Assembly: GCA_963775685.1 (NCBI GenBank)
Contig: CAVZJV010000014.1
Coordinates: 1,536,001 to 1,600,000 of the forward strand
Length of the DNA stretch: 64,000 bases
Source: Candidatus Bathyarchaeota archaeon
Lineage (GTDB): Archaea > Thermoproteota > Bathyarchaeia > Bathyarchaeales > Bathycorpusculaceae
Reading direction: 5' to 3'
Below the pieces are notes generated by a model, which saw nothing but the letters and a program-made list of their open reading frames with translations, ran no database searches and was not told the origin of the DNA. Shown piece after piece: positions 18,897-28,727 of this stretch (positions are counted from its first letter, which is position 1; each line of letters begins with the position of its first letter). The translations under genes and the position numbers were made by a program.

Positions 18897-19511
18897 TTAA
18901 TAATTCTTGTACCATTTGGCGAATTTTTGGATGGCTGCTGCCCTGTGTGAGTAGCCGTTTTTTTCTTCTATTGCCATTTCCGCAAAAGTTTTGGGGCTCC
19001 CTTCTGGCTGGAAGATTGGGTCAAAGCCGAAGCCCGATTTACCTTGTTCCTTCCGCTCGGACATCGTGATTTCGCCTCTGGACTCTCCCTCAAAGCATGT
19101 TGGTTCACAGGATGTTTGGTTGTCGCAAAAGGCAATAACAGATTGGAAATGGGCACATCGATTTTTGTTGTTTTCCATGAGTTTTAGGATGCCGTCGTTG
19201 TGGACTGTATGGTAAACGTAAGCGGCATATGGACCGGGAAAACCGTTTAGGGCATCGACGAATAAGCCTGCGTCTTCGACAAAGATTGGCAACTTACAAC
19301 GCTGGTAAGCGTTCTTGACGCTTTTTTGCGCGATTTCTTTAAGACTCTCACTTTGGATTTCGTCGCCCTTGAGCTTGAGCATGCCAACTGCGAGGCCTTG
19401 CTGGCTAAGAATCCTGCGTGCCTCATTGAACTTGTTGATGTTGCCTGTTGCAAAGAAAACAACCTTACGTTTGGGAAGCTGGCATACTTCATTGTTTGCG
19501 TTCTTCGACAT
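18897..19511 (-). CDS. rdgB: XTP/dITP diphosphatase (Ham1/RdgB)
   Basis: ATGNINK, EDAGL, GFPGPY, GFGFDPIF, SHR. Confidence 0.95.
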   Translation of the reverse strand: MSKNANNEVCQLPKRKVVFFATGNINKFNEARRILSQQGLAVGMLKLKGDEIQSESLKEIAQKSVKNAYQRCKLPIFVEDAGLFVDALNGFPGPYAAYVYHTVHNDGILKLMENNKNRCAHFQSVIAFCDNQTSCEPTCFEGESRGEITMSERKEQGKSGFGFDPIFQPEGSPKTFAEMAIEEKNGYSHRAAAIQKFAKWYKNY

Positions 19512-20157
19512 AGCGTCCACGCTTCTCTATCTCCCTAATTTTCTCATAAACCTTTTCCGCCGCCTCGACACCTACGATGGATGAATAGCCGCAAAGCACA
19601 CCTTGGAAGCATTCCTCCCAGAACATGTAATGCGTACTCTGCAGTGCACGTTTGAGCAAGTGCAAATCCACCCCTTGTGCCTCCAACTCTGAGTTTTTAT
19701 CACCCAAGCCGAAGTCCACAAAGTACAGTTTGCCCATGGGTGTCAGGATCATATTTGAGGTGGTTAAGTCGCCATGGATTAAGCCATACATATGGAGCCG
19801 TGCGATGAATTCGCCGATCCTGACGCATAAGTCTTGGCGATCGGTCTTCGATGCATTGTTCAAAACCTGTTTTACTTGCTGCCCTTCAATATACTGCATT
19901 ATTATAGAGGATTCTGGCAAGTTTACCATGTAAATAAGTGGTGTTGGCACCCCAGCGGCTTTGGCTTCATGCATCAACTGTGGCTCATGTACTGTTCGGT
20001 AGCTGCGAATCCGTTCATCTAGTTCTAGTGAACGATACTTTTTGGGAATGCGGACTTTTATGATTACTTTTCTTTCATGCCAATCTGTGAGGAAGAGGCT
20101 AGCTTCGGCGCCCTTCTTTAGTAACTTTGCTGTATTTACTTTATCTATTGTATCCAT
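19489..20157 (-). CDS. bud32: KEOPS kinase/ATPase Bud32
   Basis: KGAEA, HGDLTTSN, DFGL, VDLHLL, RGRY. Confidence 0.95.
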   Translation of the reverse strand: MDTIDKVNTAKLLKKGAEASLFLTDWHERKVIIKVRIPKKYRSLELDERIRSYRTVHEPQLMHEAKAAGVPTPLIYMVNLPESSIIMQYIEGQQVKQVLNNASKTDRQDLCVRIGEFIARLHMYGLIHGDLTTSNMILTPMGKLYFVDFGLGDKNSELEAQGVDLHLLKRALQSTHYMFWEECFQGVLCGYSSIVGVEAAEKVYEKIREIEKRGRYVEERKQ

Positions 20158-21173
20158 GGCACATCCACCTTGTCTACTCGCCAACGCAACTTCACGTAAC
20201 TCTCAGCCATTGGCGTAACTATACCTTGTTGAAAAGCTAAAATCCCTGTCCATGCAATCATTGCACCGTTGTCTGTTGCAAACTCCAATGGAACCACGCT
20301 GAACTTAGCATCATGTTCTTGGGCGATGACTGCAAGCATGGATTGCAACCGCTTATTCGCCGCTACGCCGCCCGTTAACAGGACTTCCTTTTTTTCGGTA
20401 TGCGCAAGTGCACGTTCGGTGACTTCCGATACCATAGAGAAAGCATGTTCTTGGAGACTGTAGCACAAATCCTCCAGTCGACAATCGCCTCTTCGCAACG
20501 CCGCAGTAGCCGACGTCAATAATCCGCTAAGCGACAAATCCATCCCCTTCACCACATATGGCAAAGAAACCAGCTTTTCACCTTTCACTGCTAGCTGTTC
20601 TACGGCAGCGCCAAGCGCCAAACCCTTCTTATGTTTAAGACCAGCTTCCCTGGCGAATACATCCAAGCAGTTTCCAAGAGCGATGTCTAAAGTTTCGCCG
20701 AAAACCCTGTAACGACCCGCCTCAAACGCGGTGACCATGGTGTTGCCGCCTGAAGCGTAGAGTGTCACGGGGTCTTGGGCACTCGTTTTAAGTTTGCCTA
20801 TTTCGATGTGGGCAACGGAATGGTTCACGCCGACTAGCGGAACTTTGAGATAAGAAGCTAAGGCGCGGGCAACGGTGGCTCCTGTACGCAAGGATGGGCC
20901 CAAGCCTGGACCTTGGGAAAAAGCGATAACTGACAATTCACGCGGTTTCAACCCAGCCTTGACCAATGCTTCACTGAGGATTTTGTCTGCGACTTCAGCA
21001 TGGTGTCTTGCGGCTTCTCTAGGGTGGATACCCCCTTCCACAGGGATGTAGCTGTCGGATTTGTTGGCGATAATTTCGCCACTAAACGTGACTATTCCAA
21101 CGCCAAAGTCGTCAGCTGAGGATTCAATGCCAAGGCAGTAATTGCCTGAATTGTCTTTTCTGGTTTTTTTCAT
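20145..21173 (-). CDS. kae1: tRNA t6A synthase Kae1
   Basis: GIESSA, GIHPREAARHH, GPGLGPSL, NHSVAHIE, SGGNT, TDNGAMIAW. Confidence 0.96.
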   Translation of the reverse strand: MKKTRKDNSGNYCLGIESSADDFGVGIVTFSGEIIANKSDSYIPVEGGIHPREAARHHAEVADKILSEALVKAGLKPRELSVIAFSQGPGLGPSLRTGATVARALASYLKVPLVGVNHSVAHIEIGKLKTSAQDPVTLYASGGNTMVTAFEAGRYRVFGETLDIALGNCLDVFAREAGLKHKKGLALGAAVEQLAVKGEKLVSLPYVVKGMDLSLSGLLTSATAALRRGDCRLEDLCYSLQEHAFSMVSEVTERALAHTEKKEVLLTGGVAANKRLQSMLAVIAQEHDAKFSVVPLEFATDNGAMIAWTGILAFQQGIVTPMAESYVKLRWRVDKVDVPWIQ

Positions 21174-21255
21174 ACCATTCCACGTTTAACTAGGGATACA
21201 TATTTTTATGTGAATCCAACGCATATATTATTGTATTATTTGGAACTGATCATAA

Positions 21256-21681
21256 ATGCCTAAGCGTAATGACCTTGAACAGAAAGCTCTTCACTACGTC
21301 GTCGGTACAGGCTATCAGGGTGTACTGCAATCAGATTTATGGCGTGAACTCGGCGCAAGCAGCCGCGAAGGCTCACGCGTCTCTATTAAATTGGAAGAGA
21401 AAGGGCTTATCCGCAGAGAAAAAGAACTTCAAGAAGGAAGGTGGACATACAGGCTCTACCCTAAGAGGTTACCTGCATCCATAGAAACCATAATGGACTG
21501 CCCGTGTTTACTATGCCCAGACAACGCACGCTGCGATCCCACAACCGCCCTTTCCCCTAAAAGTTGCCCCAAACTAACTGATTGGATTTTAAACTTAGGA
21601 AAACCGCCAGCACCCGCTACTGGTCCTGAGGGTCCAAGCATACAAGAGGATGATTCCGTTGCCGAAAGCTTGGATACGTGA
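21256..21681 (+). CDS. TFE-beta-like (Rpc34/RPC39-related) winged-helix + Fe-S protein
   Basis: wHTH GVLQSDLWRELG..SREGSR..KLEEKGLIRRE plus C-terminal PCLLC...C...SPKSCPKLTDW Cys cluster. Confidence 0.75.
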   Translation: MPKRNDLEQKALHYVVGTGYQGVLQSDLWRELGASSREGSRVSIKLEEKGLIRREKELQEGRWTYRLYPKRLPASIETIMDCPCLLCPDNARCDPTTALSPKSCPKLTDWILNLGKPPAPATGPEGPSIQEDDSVAESLDT

Positions 21682-22267
21682 AAGAAAAAACGAATATTAT
21701 TATAAAAAAGCCAAAGAAGAAAATTATCGCAGCCGATCCATATACAAGTTGGTTCAAGCTAATGAGAAATATGGCTTCATTAAACTTCGTGATGTAGTTG
21801 TTGATTTAGGCGCTGCTCCAGGCGGTTGGATTCAAGCAGCAAGAAAAATGACGGGCAGAAAAGGCTTTGTTTTAGGCATAGACTTAAAGGCCATTGAACC
21901 TTTCACGCAAGAATACATCCGAACAATCATTGCTGACTTCACTGAGCCAGGAATTGTTGATCAAATCCTTTCATTTATTCCTCGCAAAGCGGACATAGTT
22001 CTATGTGACGCTGCCCCAAACATTACAGGTGTGTGGGAAGTTGACCATGCACGACAAATCGACTTGGCTACCCAAGCCTTAGAAATAGCACAATGCGTGC
22101 TGCGACCCACTGGTAACTTTTTTGTCAAAGTCTTCGAAGGCGATATGCTTAACGAGTTCCAGTTGCACATAAAGACGCTCTTTGAGGAAGTTAAGTTGGT
22201 GAAACCGCAGGCAAGCCGACAAAAAAGCTCAGAGATGTATCTTTTAGCCTTAGGCTTAAAGGCTTAG
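21650..22267 (+). CDS. rlmE: 23S rRNA 2'-O-methyltransferase RlmE/FtsJ
   Basis: YRSRSIYKL, DLGAAPGGW, DAAPNITG, KPQASR..SSEMY. Confidence 0.95.
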   Translation: MIPLPKAWIRERKNEYYYKKAKEENYRSRSIYKLVQANEKYGFIKLRDVVVDLGAAPGGWIQAARKMTGRKGFVLGIDLKAIEPFTQEYIRTIIADFTEPGIVDQILSFIPRKADIVLCDAAPNITGVWEVDHARQIDLATQALEIAQCVLRPTGNFFVKVFEGDMLNEFQLHIKTLFEEVKLVKPQASRQKSSEMYLLALGLKA

Positions 22268-22432
22268 AATTAATTTTGAAGCGTAAATCTTATTCTGAAA
22301 GAATGCGACATTAAAAGCTCGAACAATTAGGTAGAAAACTCTTATCTGAAGCTTAAAGGACAAAAACAACTAATCAAAAGTACAGCAAAACCTTTAAGCT
22401 CACTTGCAGTAGGACTCTAAAGAGGCTGAATT

Positions 22433-23128
22433 GTGGAAAACCTGAAAACAGTGCATCTTCCACTTTGGGAGGTTGGTTTAGTCATTGTAGCAACGTTTTT
22501 CGTAACCATTTTTCTAGGCGCCGCAATTCTGCTTTTGTTCGGAGATGCAATTACGCTTATTGCAGGTGAGCTGTTAGTACTTATAGTTCCCCTAATATAC
22601 CTAATATCCAAACGTGTAAATGTAAAAGACTACGTTCGAATAAACCTTAACCCTAAATACATAGGGATCGGCTTAGCTTGTGGATTATTTTTGCTTATCG
22701 TAAACATTTTTGTTTCAGGTGCTTTAACCACTATCTTTGGAGAAAGCACAGCAGTACAACAATCTAACCAGTTAGTCACCAATCTGGCAACGACACCTTG
22801 GGGGCTAACTGCTGTGGCTATTTCCTTGGCTTTGGCTGGAATTTGTGAAGAATTCGCATTCCGTGGTTTTTTACAAAATTCAATCTTTAAAACATTAAAA
22901 AACTCAAAATATGCAAAATTTTCAGCCATCATATCTATTGTTTTCTCAGCTACCGTTTTTGGGCTCTTCCATTTTGACCCACAGGGCGTATACACTCTTT
23001 CCGCTCTCGCAAGTGGATGTGTGTTAGGTTACTTTTACTATCGGTGGAACTACATTGTTTCGGCAACGGCGCATGCAAGCATGAACATCATTGTTCTGAT
23101 ATTTCTCTTGCTCAGCTTAGGGGTTTAA
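22433..23128 (+). CDS. CPBP/Abi (CAAX-type) intramembrane metalloprotease
   Basis: EEFAFRG, FGLFH, HASMN. Confidence 0.92.
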   Translation: MENLKTVHLPLWEVGLVIVATFFVTIFLGAAILLLFGDAITLIAGELLVLIVPLIYLISKRVNVKDYVRINLNPKYIGIGLACGLFLLIVNIFVSGALTTIFGESTAVQQSNQLVTNLATTPWGLTAVAISLALAGICEEFAFRGFLQNSIFKTLKNSKYAKFSAIISIVFSATVFGLFHFDPQGVYTLSALASGCVLGYFYYRWNYIVSATAHASMNIIVLIFLLLSLGV

Positions 23129-23993
23129 AGGGAATTTTACTCAAACCTACGATTTCCAAACTTATATCCAATGCCTTAACGCTGTGAGTCAGCTCGCCCA
23201 AACTTATTATATCTATATTTGCATTCGCAAAGTCCACCAGTTTTTCATCTGTAATTCCGCCGCTCACTTCAAGCAGTACTCTGCTAAAACCAGCCTCCTT
23301 AAGTGCTGCACTTGCGATCTTCGCTTGTTTGGATGAAAAATTATCCAGCATGATGATGTCGGCGCCGACATTTGCCGCTTTCAAAGCGTCCTCAACATTT
23401 GTAACTTCAACTTCGATTTTTTTAGTAAAAGAAGCATTAGCTTTAGCCCTCTTAACTGCTTCCTCAACACTTCCAACGATAACGAGATGGTTATCTTTAA
23501 TCAAAACCATATCGTCCAAATGTAACCTATGTGGGTCGCCGCTTCCAATAATCACGGCTTTTTTGTCAAAATAAAGCAGCCCAGGCGCGGATTTGCGCGT
23601 TGCCGCAATTTTCGCTTTCAGGTTTAATGCCTCAAGCTTGTCGATTAGCATTCTGGTTTTGGTTGCGATGCCGCTCATTCGCGAAAGAAGATTAAGTATT
23701 GTTCTTTCAACGGATAGGATAGTTTGGGCGTCTCCTGAAATCTGCAGTAGGACTTGTTTGTTTTTTATTTCTTCGCCGTCTGCAACTTTAGTAATTACTG
23801 TCAGCCCTAAGTATTCGATAAGAAATGTTGCTTCTGCAATTCCAGCCGCTATCCCCTCCGACTTCGCAACTACTTCTGCGTTGACAGCTAAATTTGGAGG
23901 AATAACTGCTGAGGCTGTTACGTCGCCCAGTCCGATGTCATCGGCGAGGATTTGCTTGAGCTTTTCCTCCACGATTTGCCTTGGAATAAACAT
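23112..23993 (-). CDS. nadC: Nicotinate-nucleotide diphosphorylase (QPRTase)
   Basis: MSGIAT, ATRK, HR..LDD.VLIKDNH, EVEV, MLDN, SGGI, LTHS. Confidence 0.96.
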   Translation of the reverse strand: MFIPRQIVEEKLKQILADDIGLGDVTASAVIPPNLAVNAEVVAKSEGIAAGIAEATFLIEYLGLTVITKVADGEEIKNKQVLLQISGDAQTILSVERTILNLLSRMSGIATKTRMLIDKLEALNLKAKIAATRKSAPGLLYFDKKAVIIGSGDPHRLHLDDMVLIKDNHLVIVGSVEEAVKRAKANASFTKKIEVEVTNVEDALKAANVGADIIMLDNFSSKQAKIASAALKEAGFSRVLLEVSGGITDEKLVDFANANIDIISLGELTHSVKALDISLEIVGLSKIPFKPLS

Positions 23994-24096
23994 GTTGTAG
24001 TGTTGGCGTTCATAGCTTAAAATGCTTGCCTTTCCTTGGTTGAACCAAGCTATAGGCTATAGTTCAAATATAATCTTGCACTTACACGTACGCTGT

Positions 24097-25236
24097 ATGC
24101 GACTGCTACTCAGCTGCTCTGAACTCGGATTGGGTCATGTTTCACGGATAATTCCTTTAGGGAAGCGGCTGGAGAAAGACGGTCATGAAATGTTCTTCTT
24201 TTCAGGTGGCAAAGCCCATAAGTTGCTTCAGAAAGAGTTCAGCCACGTGTATGAATGCACGCCAGTTTCATGGTATGAAAATGCTCATGGCATAATCACA
24301 TCCGCCTCCCTAATCAATCTGTTATTTCCACTTCCTCTCTTCAACATGGAAAAAAACAGAATAGAAATAAAACCATCCAACGCAATGGAAACCATCAATC
24401 GCTACTACGATTTAAGAGAAAAACTTCATGATATCGCTCCTGACCTGCTCATCGCTGACGGAGACATAAATGCCCTCCGGCTTGCCCAAAGATGGAAAAT
24501 TCCTTCAGTTTATATTGCAAACATGATTAGGCCCAGCTACGGTTTCTCATCTTTCTTGAGTCCAGGTGAACGGATAGTTGAGCGGTACGTTAAGCAAACC
24601 TCAAAAATAATTATACCTGATAACCCACCGCCCTACACCGTATCCGAATACAATATCGGCAACATTGAAAGCATGAATCTGAACCGAAAAGTCGAGTACG
24701 TCGGAAGCTTCGTGGACACCTCAACTGTTCAAGGCGCTCAGGAACATATTTTTGCGCCCATAAGCGGACCCATTGGAACTAGAGCAAAGCTTGAGAAAAC
24801 GCTTTTACCGGTACTTGAAAAACTAAAAACCAAATCCGTTATAAGCTTAGGAACACCAGGAAAGAAGGTTTCAACTAAAATTGGCAACATTGAAATCCAC
24901 ACTTGGCTCTCACCTGAAGAGCGAGCAGAAGCTATGCGGAACGCCAAGTTTGTGATTTTCAGCGGCGGTCACGCAACATGTTTTGAAACAATCAAGTATT
25001 CCAAACCAAGCATCTGCATCCCCACACAACCTGAACAACTGGGCAACGCAGCAAAACTGCAAGACCTCAACTGCTCCATAACTGTAAAGAACCAGAAGCA
25101 ACTTAAAAAAGCGGTTGAAAAGATGGAAAACCAAAAAGAAGCCTATAACAGAAGCGTGAAGAAGCTAAACGAGTTCTCTAACAGGTTTAATGGTTTAGAG
25201 CGTGCAACTACGATAGTTGAGACCGCGTTGGATTAA
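24097..25236 (+). CDS. GT-B glycosyltransferase (MurG/GT28-like, MJ1255-like)
   Basis: GLGHVSR, SGGHATCFE, P..QPEQLGNA. Confidence 0.82.
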   Translation: MRLLLSCSELGLGHVSRIIPLGKRLEKDGHEMFFFSGGKAHKLLQKEFSHVYECTPVSWYENAHGIITSASLINLLFPLPLFNMEKNRIEIKPSNAMETINRYYDLREKLHDIAPDLLIADGDINALRLAQRWKIPSVYIANMIRPSYGFSSFLSPGERIVERYVKQTSKIIIPDNPPPYTVSEYNIGNIESMNLNRKVEYVGSFVDTSTVQGAQEHIFAPISGPIGTRAKLEKTLLPVLEKLKTKSVISLGTPGKKVSTKIGNIEIHTWLSPEERAEAMRNAKFVIFSGGHATCFETIKYSKPSICIPTQPEQLGNAAKLQDLNCSITVKNQKQLKKAVEKMENQKEAYNRSVKKLNEFSNRFNGLERATTIVETALD

Positions 25237-25240
25237 TAGG

Positions 25241-25864
25241 TTATTTTGTCAGGTTTAGGCGTTTGACTTCTCCGTTTGGTGTTTCTTCATCGAAGACGAT
25301 TGCTTTGAACTTGTAGATCTTGGCGTCTTTAGTTAACCAGCTGTCTGGGGGTACGCCTGCTTTCATGCAGCACTGACACAAAAACTCCTCTTCACACCAA
25401 CCCCATTCCACAGGCACCTGCGGGAGCAACAGTCCTTTGTATGGGCCCCGCTCAACGATTAAACCGTCAACCCCCACTTTGATTTTGTCAACGTACTCCT
25501 TTGGATTCTTAACTTCCACTTGTTCTGGCGGCGTTAAAACGCTAACCTCAAAAACTACGTTTTCTAACTCGCCGAGGGATAGAGGTTCAAACCGTGGGTC
25601 TTCGGTTGCAGCGTTGATGGCGCTGTCAATTACTGCTTCTACAAGGGGGCTTGTGGGGTATGGGTAGCCGATGCAGCCTCTGAGTTCCTTCTCATTGCCT
25701 TGGAGGCTGTTTATGGTTACGAATATTCCGCAGTGCTCGAAGAGTTTTTTGGGTGTTTCTTTGGGCGGCTTGAGGGTTTTGCCTGTTTCTAGGTACTCTT
25801 TTACGGTGTTCCTTGCAAGCTGGATTAGGAATTTTCCTTCTTCTTGGGTTAGTTCAAACGACAT
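25241..25864 (-). CDS. AMMECR1/TIGR00296 family protein
   Basis: GIFVT, LRGCIG, DPRF, EVSVLT, GLLLPQV, C.KAG. Confidence 0.93.
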   Translation of the reverse strand: MSFELTQEEGKFLIQLARNTVKEYLETGKTLKPPKETPKKLFEHCGIFVTINSLQGNEKELRGCIGYPYPTSPLVEAVIDSAINAATEDPRFEPLSLGELENVVFEVSVLTPPEQVEVKNPKEYVDKIKVGVDGLIVERGPYKGLLLPQVPVEWGWCEEEFLCQCCMKAGVPPDSWLTKDAKIYKFKAIVFDEETPNGEVKRLNLTK

Positions 25865-25941
25865 ATTTTTCCTTCCTTTAAGAGCCTTTGCACTGCTCAA
25901 TAAGTTGAGGTAACTAAAAAATTTTAAAAAAATAAAGTTGG

Positions 25942-26640
25942 TTAAAACTTTACTGATTCTTCAGTGACGCCCTCCTTAGTTATGATAAGGAAGTCTATTC
26001 CGTCACCGCTCATAGAATCGCGGCTAACCGCTGACTTTATCGACCTAGTAACAAGATCTTTTGCTTCTTTTACAGTCATTGTTTCTTGGTAGCCTTCTTC
26101 GAGAACACCCATGGCGATTTCTGTGCCTGAACCGACGACCGCATACTTGTCAGGAATCAGGGAACCTAAGACGTCAAGAACGTAGAGTGATGCACCTTCG
26201 TCATCTAAGCCGCCGACGATTGTCTGGGTGAATAATGGTGAGTACCGACGATTGAACAGTACGTTAGCTAAGAGTTTTGATGCTGAACGCACGCTGATTT
26301 TTCTTCCAACATCCATACTGAAGAGGTTTGCTTGCGCCTGCATTTCTTTGGCAAGAATCTGCATGTCTCCAATCAATCCCGCACATGCTACGCCGATTTG
26401 GTCGGAAACTTTGAAGACTTTTTTGCCGCCTTTACTCATGATAAAGTTTCCGTATGTGACTCTTTTTTCGGAAGCTAAAATTACTCCATCTTTGAAGATA
26501 GCGCCCACTGTGGTGGCGCCTGGCATCCATCCACCGCCTTGCTGGGCTTGGTTGCCTTGAGCTTGCTGCTGGTCTTGTGGCATCAGCTGGATTTGTGGAA
26601 TATTGGGTAATCCAGGTAGTTGTGGTCCATAACCTTCCAT
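25942..26640 (-). CDS. psmB: Proteasome beta subunit with long Gln-rich propeptide; Ala at the Thr1 position
   Basis: PGATTVG..KDGVILASEKR, AGLIGD.Q, GSG, RDSMSGDGID. Confidence 0.92.
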   Translation of the reverse strand: MEGYGPQLPGLPNIPQIQLMPQDQQQAQGNQAQQGGGWMPGATTVGAIFKDGVILASEKRVTYGNFIMSKGGKKVFKVSDQIGVACAGLIGDMQILAKEMQAQANLFSMDVGRKISVRSASKLLANVLFNRRYSPLFTQTIVGGLDDEGASLYVLDVLGSLIPDKYAVVGSGTEIAMGVLEEGYQETMTVKEAKDLVTRSIKSAVSRDSMSGDGIDFLIITKEGVTEESVKF

Positions 26641-26721
26641 AATTTTCGCCTTTTCTTGATATACACAACACAAATAATTAAGGTTACTTATAACCATTAT
26701 AGAGTAAGCGGAGAGGCTTGA

Positions 26722-26892
26722 ATGAGTGAGTCTAAACCGTTAAGGTGGTAAAGATGCGGCAAACCCCTCGGTTACGTAATCGTCGGCGCTAAGAGCTACT
26801 TGGAAGCTAAACCCGATATGGATAATTTAAAGTTGGCTGCTATATGCATTGATTGTTCCAGTCAGAATACCTTTTTCTTCAGAAAGTTTTAA
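26722..26892 (+). pseudogene. Disrupted small zinc-ribbon protein
   Basis: MSESKPLRW*RCGKPLGYV...AAICIDCSSQNTFFFRKF*; in-frame TAA at 26749; GGAGAGG upstream. Confidence 0.55.
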
Positions 26893-26932
26893 CATATAGC
26901 TATTTCATTGAGTAGAAAGGGGAGAGACAGAA

Positions 26933-27517
26933 TTGATTGAAGTCTACACCCAAAACTTGGACCAAACATGGTTTGCAATCGCTCTAAACAATCAACAAGT
27001 TGTCACGTCGTCGTTTGGGGTAAACCAGCGGACAGCGATAAAAAATGTTTTAGGCAACATATCCTTCAACCGTGCGTTCCAGGTTTTCCATGAACCCACA
27101 ACCTTCGCCAAAAAGGTACTCGCAACATTAAAATGCATCTACGACGGCAAAGATGTAACCCCTAACTTACCTTTGGCAACAAACCATTTGCCCTCTTATA
27201 CCAAAAAAGTCCTAAAAACAACCTCAACAATCCCGCTTGGCTACGTGACTTCTTATGGCGAAATCGCCAAAGCCGTCGGCGGCGGACCAAGAGCAGTTGG
27301 CAACATAATGGCATCCAACCCCTTTGCTCCAATCGTTCCCTGCCATAGAGTTGTTCGGGCAGATTTTTCGTTGGGCGGTTATGGTTTTGGCTTAAAGGAG
27401 AAGATAGATTTTTTGGGAAGGGAAAAGCGAGGATTTTCTTTTTCGAGAGAAATTGAGGTGGATGGCGGACGACTTATGATTTTTCCCGTTGAACAGGTTC
27501 TTCGTAACTTTACTTGA
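26933..27517 (+). CDS. ogt: Methylated-DNA--protein-cysteine methyltransferase
   Basis: IPLGYVTSYGEIA, RAVG, NP..PIVPCHRVV, GGY. Confidence 0.93.
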   Translation: MIEVYTQNLDQTWFAIALNNQQVVTSSFGVNQRTAIKNVLGNISFNRAFQVFHEPTTFAKKVLATLKCIYDGKDVTPNLPLATNHLPSYTKKVLKTTSTIPLGYVTSYGEIAKAVGGGPRAVGNIMASNPFAPIVPCHRVVRADFSLGGYGFGLKEKIDFLGREKRGFSFSREIEVDGGRLMIFPVEQVLRNFT

Positions 27518-27565
27518 AATTGAGTTACGCAAATCATAAATTCAGCCAAGCCCCACTCAAAGCAA

Positions 27566-28102
27566 GTGAGCAACATGGTTAACCGAGGCCTCTTCGTTGG
27601 AAGATTCCAGCCTTTCCATATAGGACACTTAGACGCCATCAAATATTCGCTAAAAGGGGTAGATGAACTTGTTATTGTCATCGGCAGCGCACAGTACAGC
27701 CACAACACTAATAACCCTTTTACGGCAGGCGAGAGGCTGGTTATGGTTCGCCGAGCACTGCTGGAGGCTAAGGTGGATTACTCGAAACTCTGGATTGTTC
27801 CAGTTCCAGACGTTCACCTGCACATGCTTTGGGTAAGCGCAGTTGAAGGCTACACCCCAAAATTCAACGTTCTAATTTCTAACGAGCCTTTAACTAAGAG
27901 GCTATTCATGGAAGGCGGCTACGAGGTTAGAACCATCCCCTTGTTTGAAAGAAAAGTCTACAGTTCAACTTTTGTTCGTGAAAAAATAGTTAAAGACAAT
28001 AGCTGGACTGAGCTTGTGCCAAAAAGTGTTGCGGACTTCATTTTGGAAATAGATGGGGTAAACAGGCTCCGGGATTTAGCTAGAACCGACAGGGTTGGTT
28101 AA
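27566..28102 (+). CDS. nadM: Nicotinamide-nucleotide adenylyltransferase
   Basis: GRFQPFHIGH, GSAQYSH, NPFTAGER, SST.VR. Confidence 0.95.
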   Translation: MSNMVNRGLFVGRFQPFHIGHLDAIKYSLKGVDELVIVIGSAQYSHNTNNPFTAGERLVMVRRALLEAKVDYSKLWIVPVPDVHLHMLWVSAVEGYTPKFNVLISNEPLTKRLFMEGGYEVRTIPLFERKVYSSTFVREKIVKDNSWTELVPKSVADFILEIDGVNRLRDLARTDRVG

Positions 28103-28680
28103 ACAACCATTTTGTCCTTTGACGCATTGTGGTAAAACCGCCATGCCAAAAGGTAAACGGTGATTAAAACGAACAGTTCAGCAAATATCCCAAGGAATAT
28201 GTCGCTTGAGAGAGCGAAAAAGTTGTTTGCTATGTGAAGTGATACTGCAAGCAGATAATATGGTAAGGGGTTCTTTTTTGCTATGCCATAAGCAACAATG
28301 GTTGCACTTGAAGCATGGAAGATAATATGAGGCAAACTTGCAATAAGCGGCGAGCCTATATAGAAAACGTATTCAAAAAATTCTGCAAAGCCAAAACCTA
28401 AGCCGATTAGAAGCCCCAAAGTCACAAGTGAGCGTTCTGTTTCCCCATGCCTGTAGAATAGAGGAAAAACTTTCGCTACCTCCTCAATAAAAGGAGCTAA
28501 AACAACGATTAGAAGTGCTGCCGAAAATTCAGTGGGAATCAATGATTCGAAAAAAACTGCAAAAGGAATGCTCACTAAGATGCCTGAGGCGAAAAAGAAG
28601 GCTAACTCTTTTTTGGTTGGTTTATGAATCGGAATGACGCATTGACGCTGCTGTTCGGTTTTCAAAAAAATAGGCTCCAT
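28099..28680 (-). CDS. PrsW-family intramembrane protease
   Basis: APFIEEVAK, GLGFGFAE, FH, LH.ANN. Confidence 0.85.
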   Translation of the reverse strand: MEPIFLKTEQQRQCVIPIHKPTKKELAFFFASGILVSIPFAVFFESLIPTEFSAALLIVVLAPFIEEVAKVFPLFYRHGETERSLVTLGLLIGLGFGFAEFFEYVFYIGSPLIASLPHIIFHASSATIVAYGIAKKNPLPYYLLAVSLHIANNFFALSSDIFLGIFAELFVLITVYLLAWRFYHNASKDKMVV

Positions 28681-28727
28681 TAAAAAACAATAACAAAGAC
28701 TTCCTTATCAGCGTTTTCGCTAACTCC

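Noticed and set aside
15984-21173. KEOPS/rps15/DHH cluster as a novel system
   Set aside because: Well-known conserved archaeal gene neighbourhood
26749-26751. In-frame stop as possible Sec/Pyl recoding
   Set aside because: The codon is TAA, not TGA or TAG
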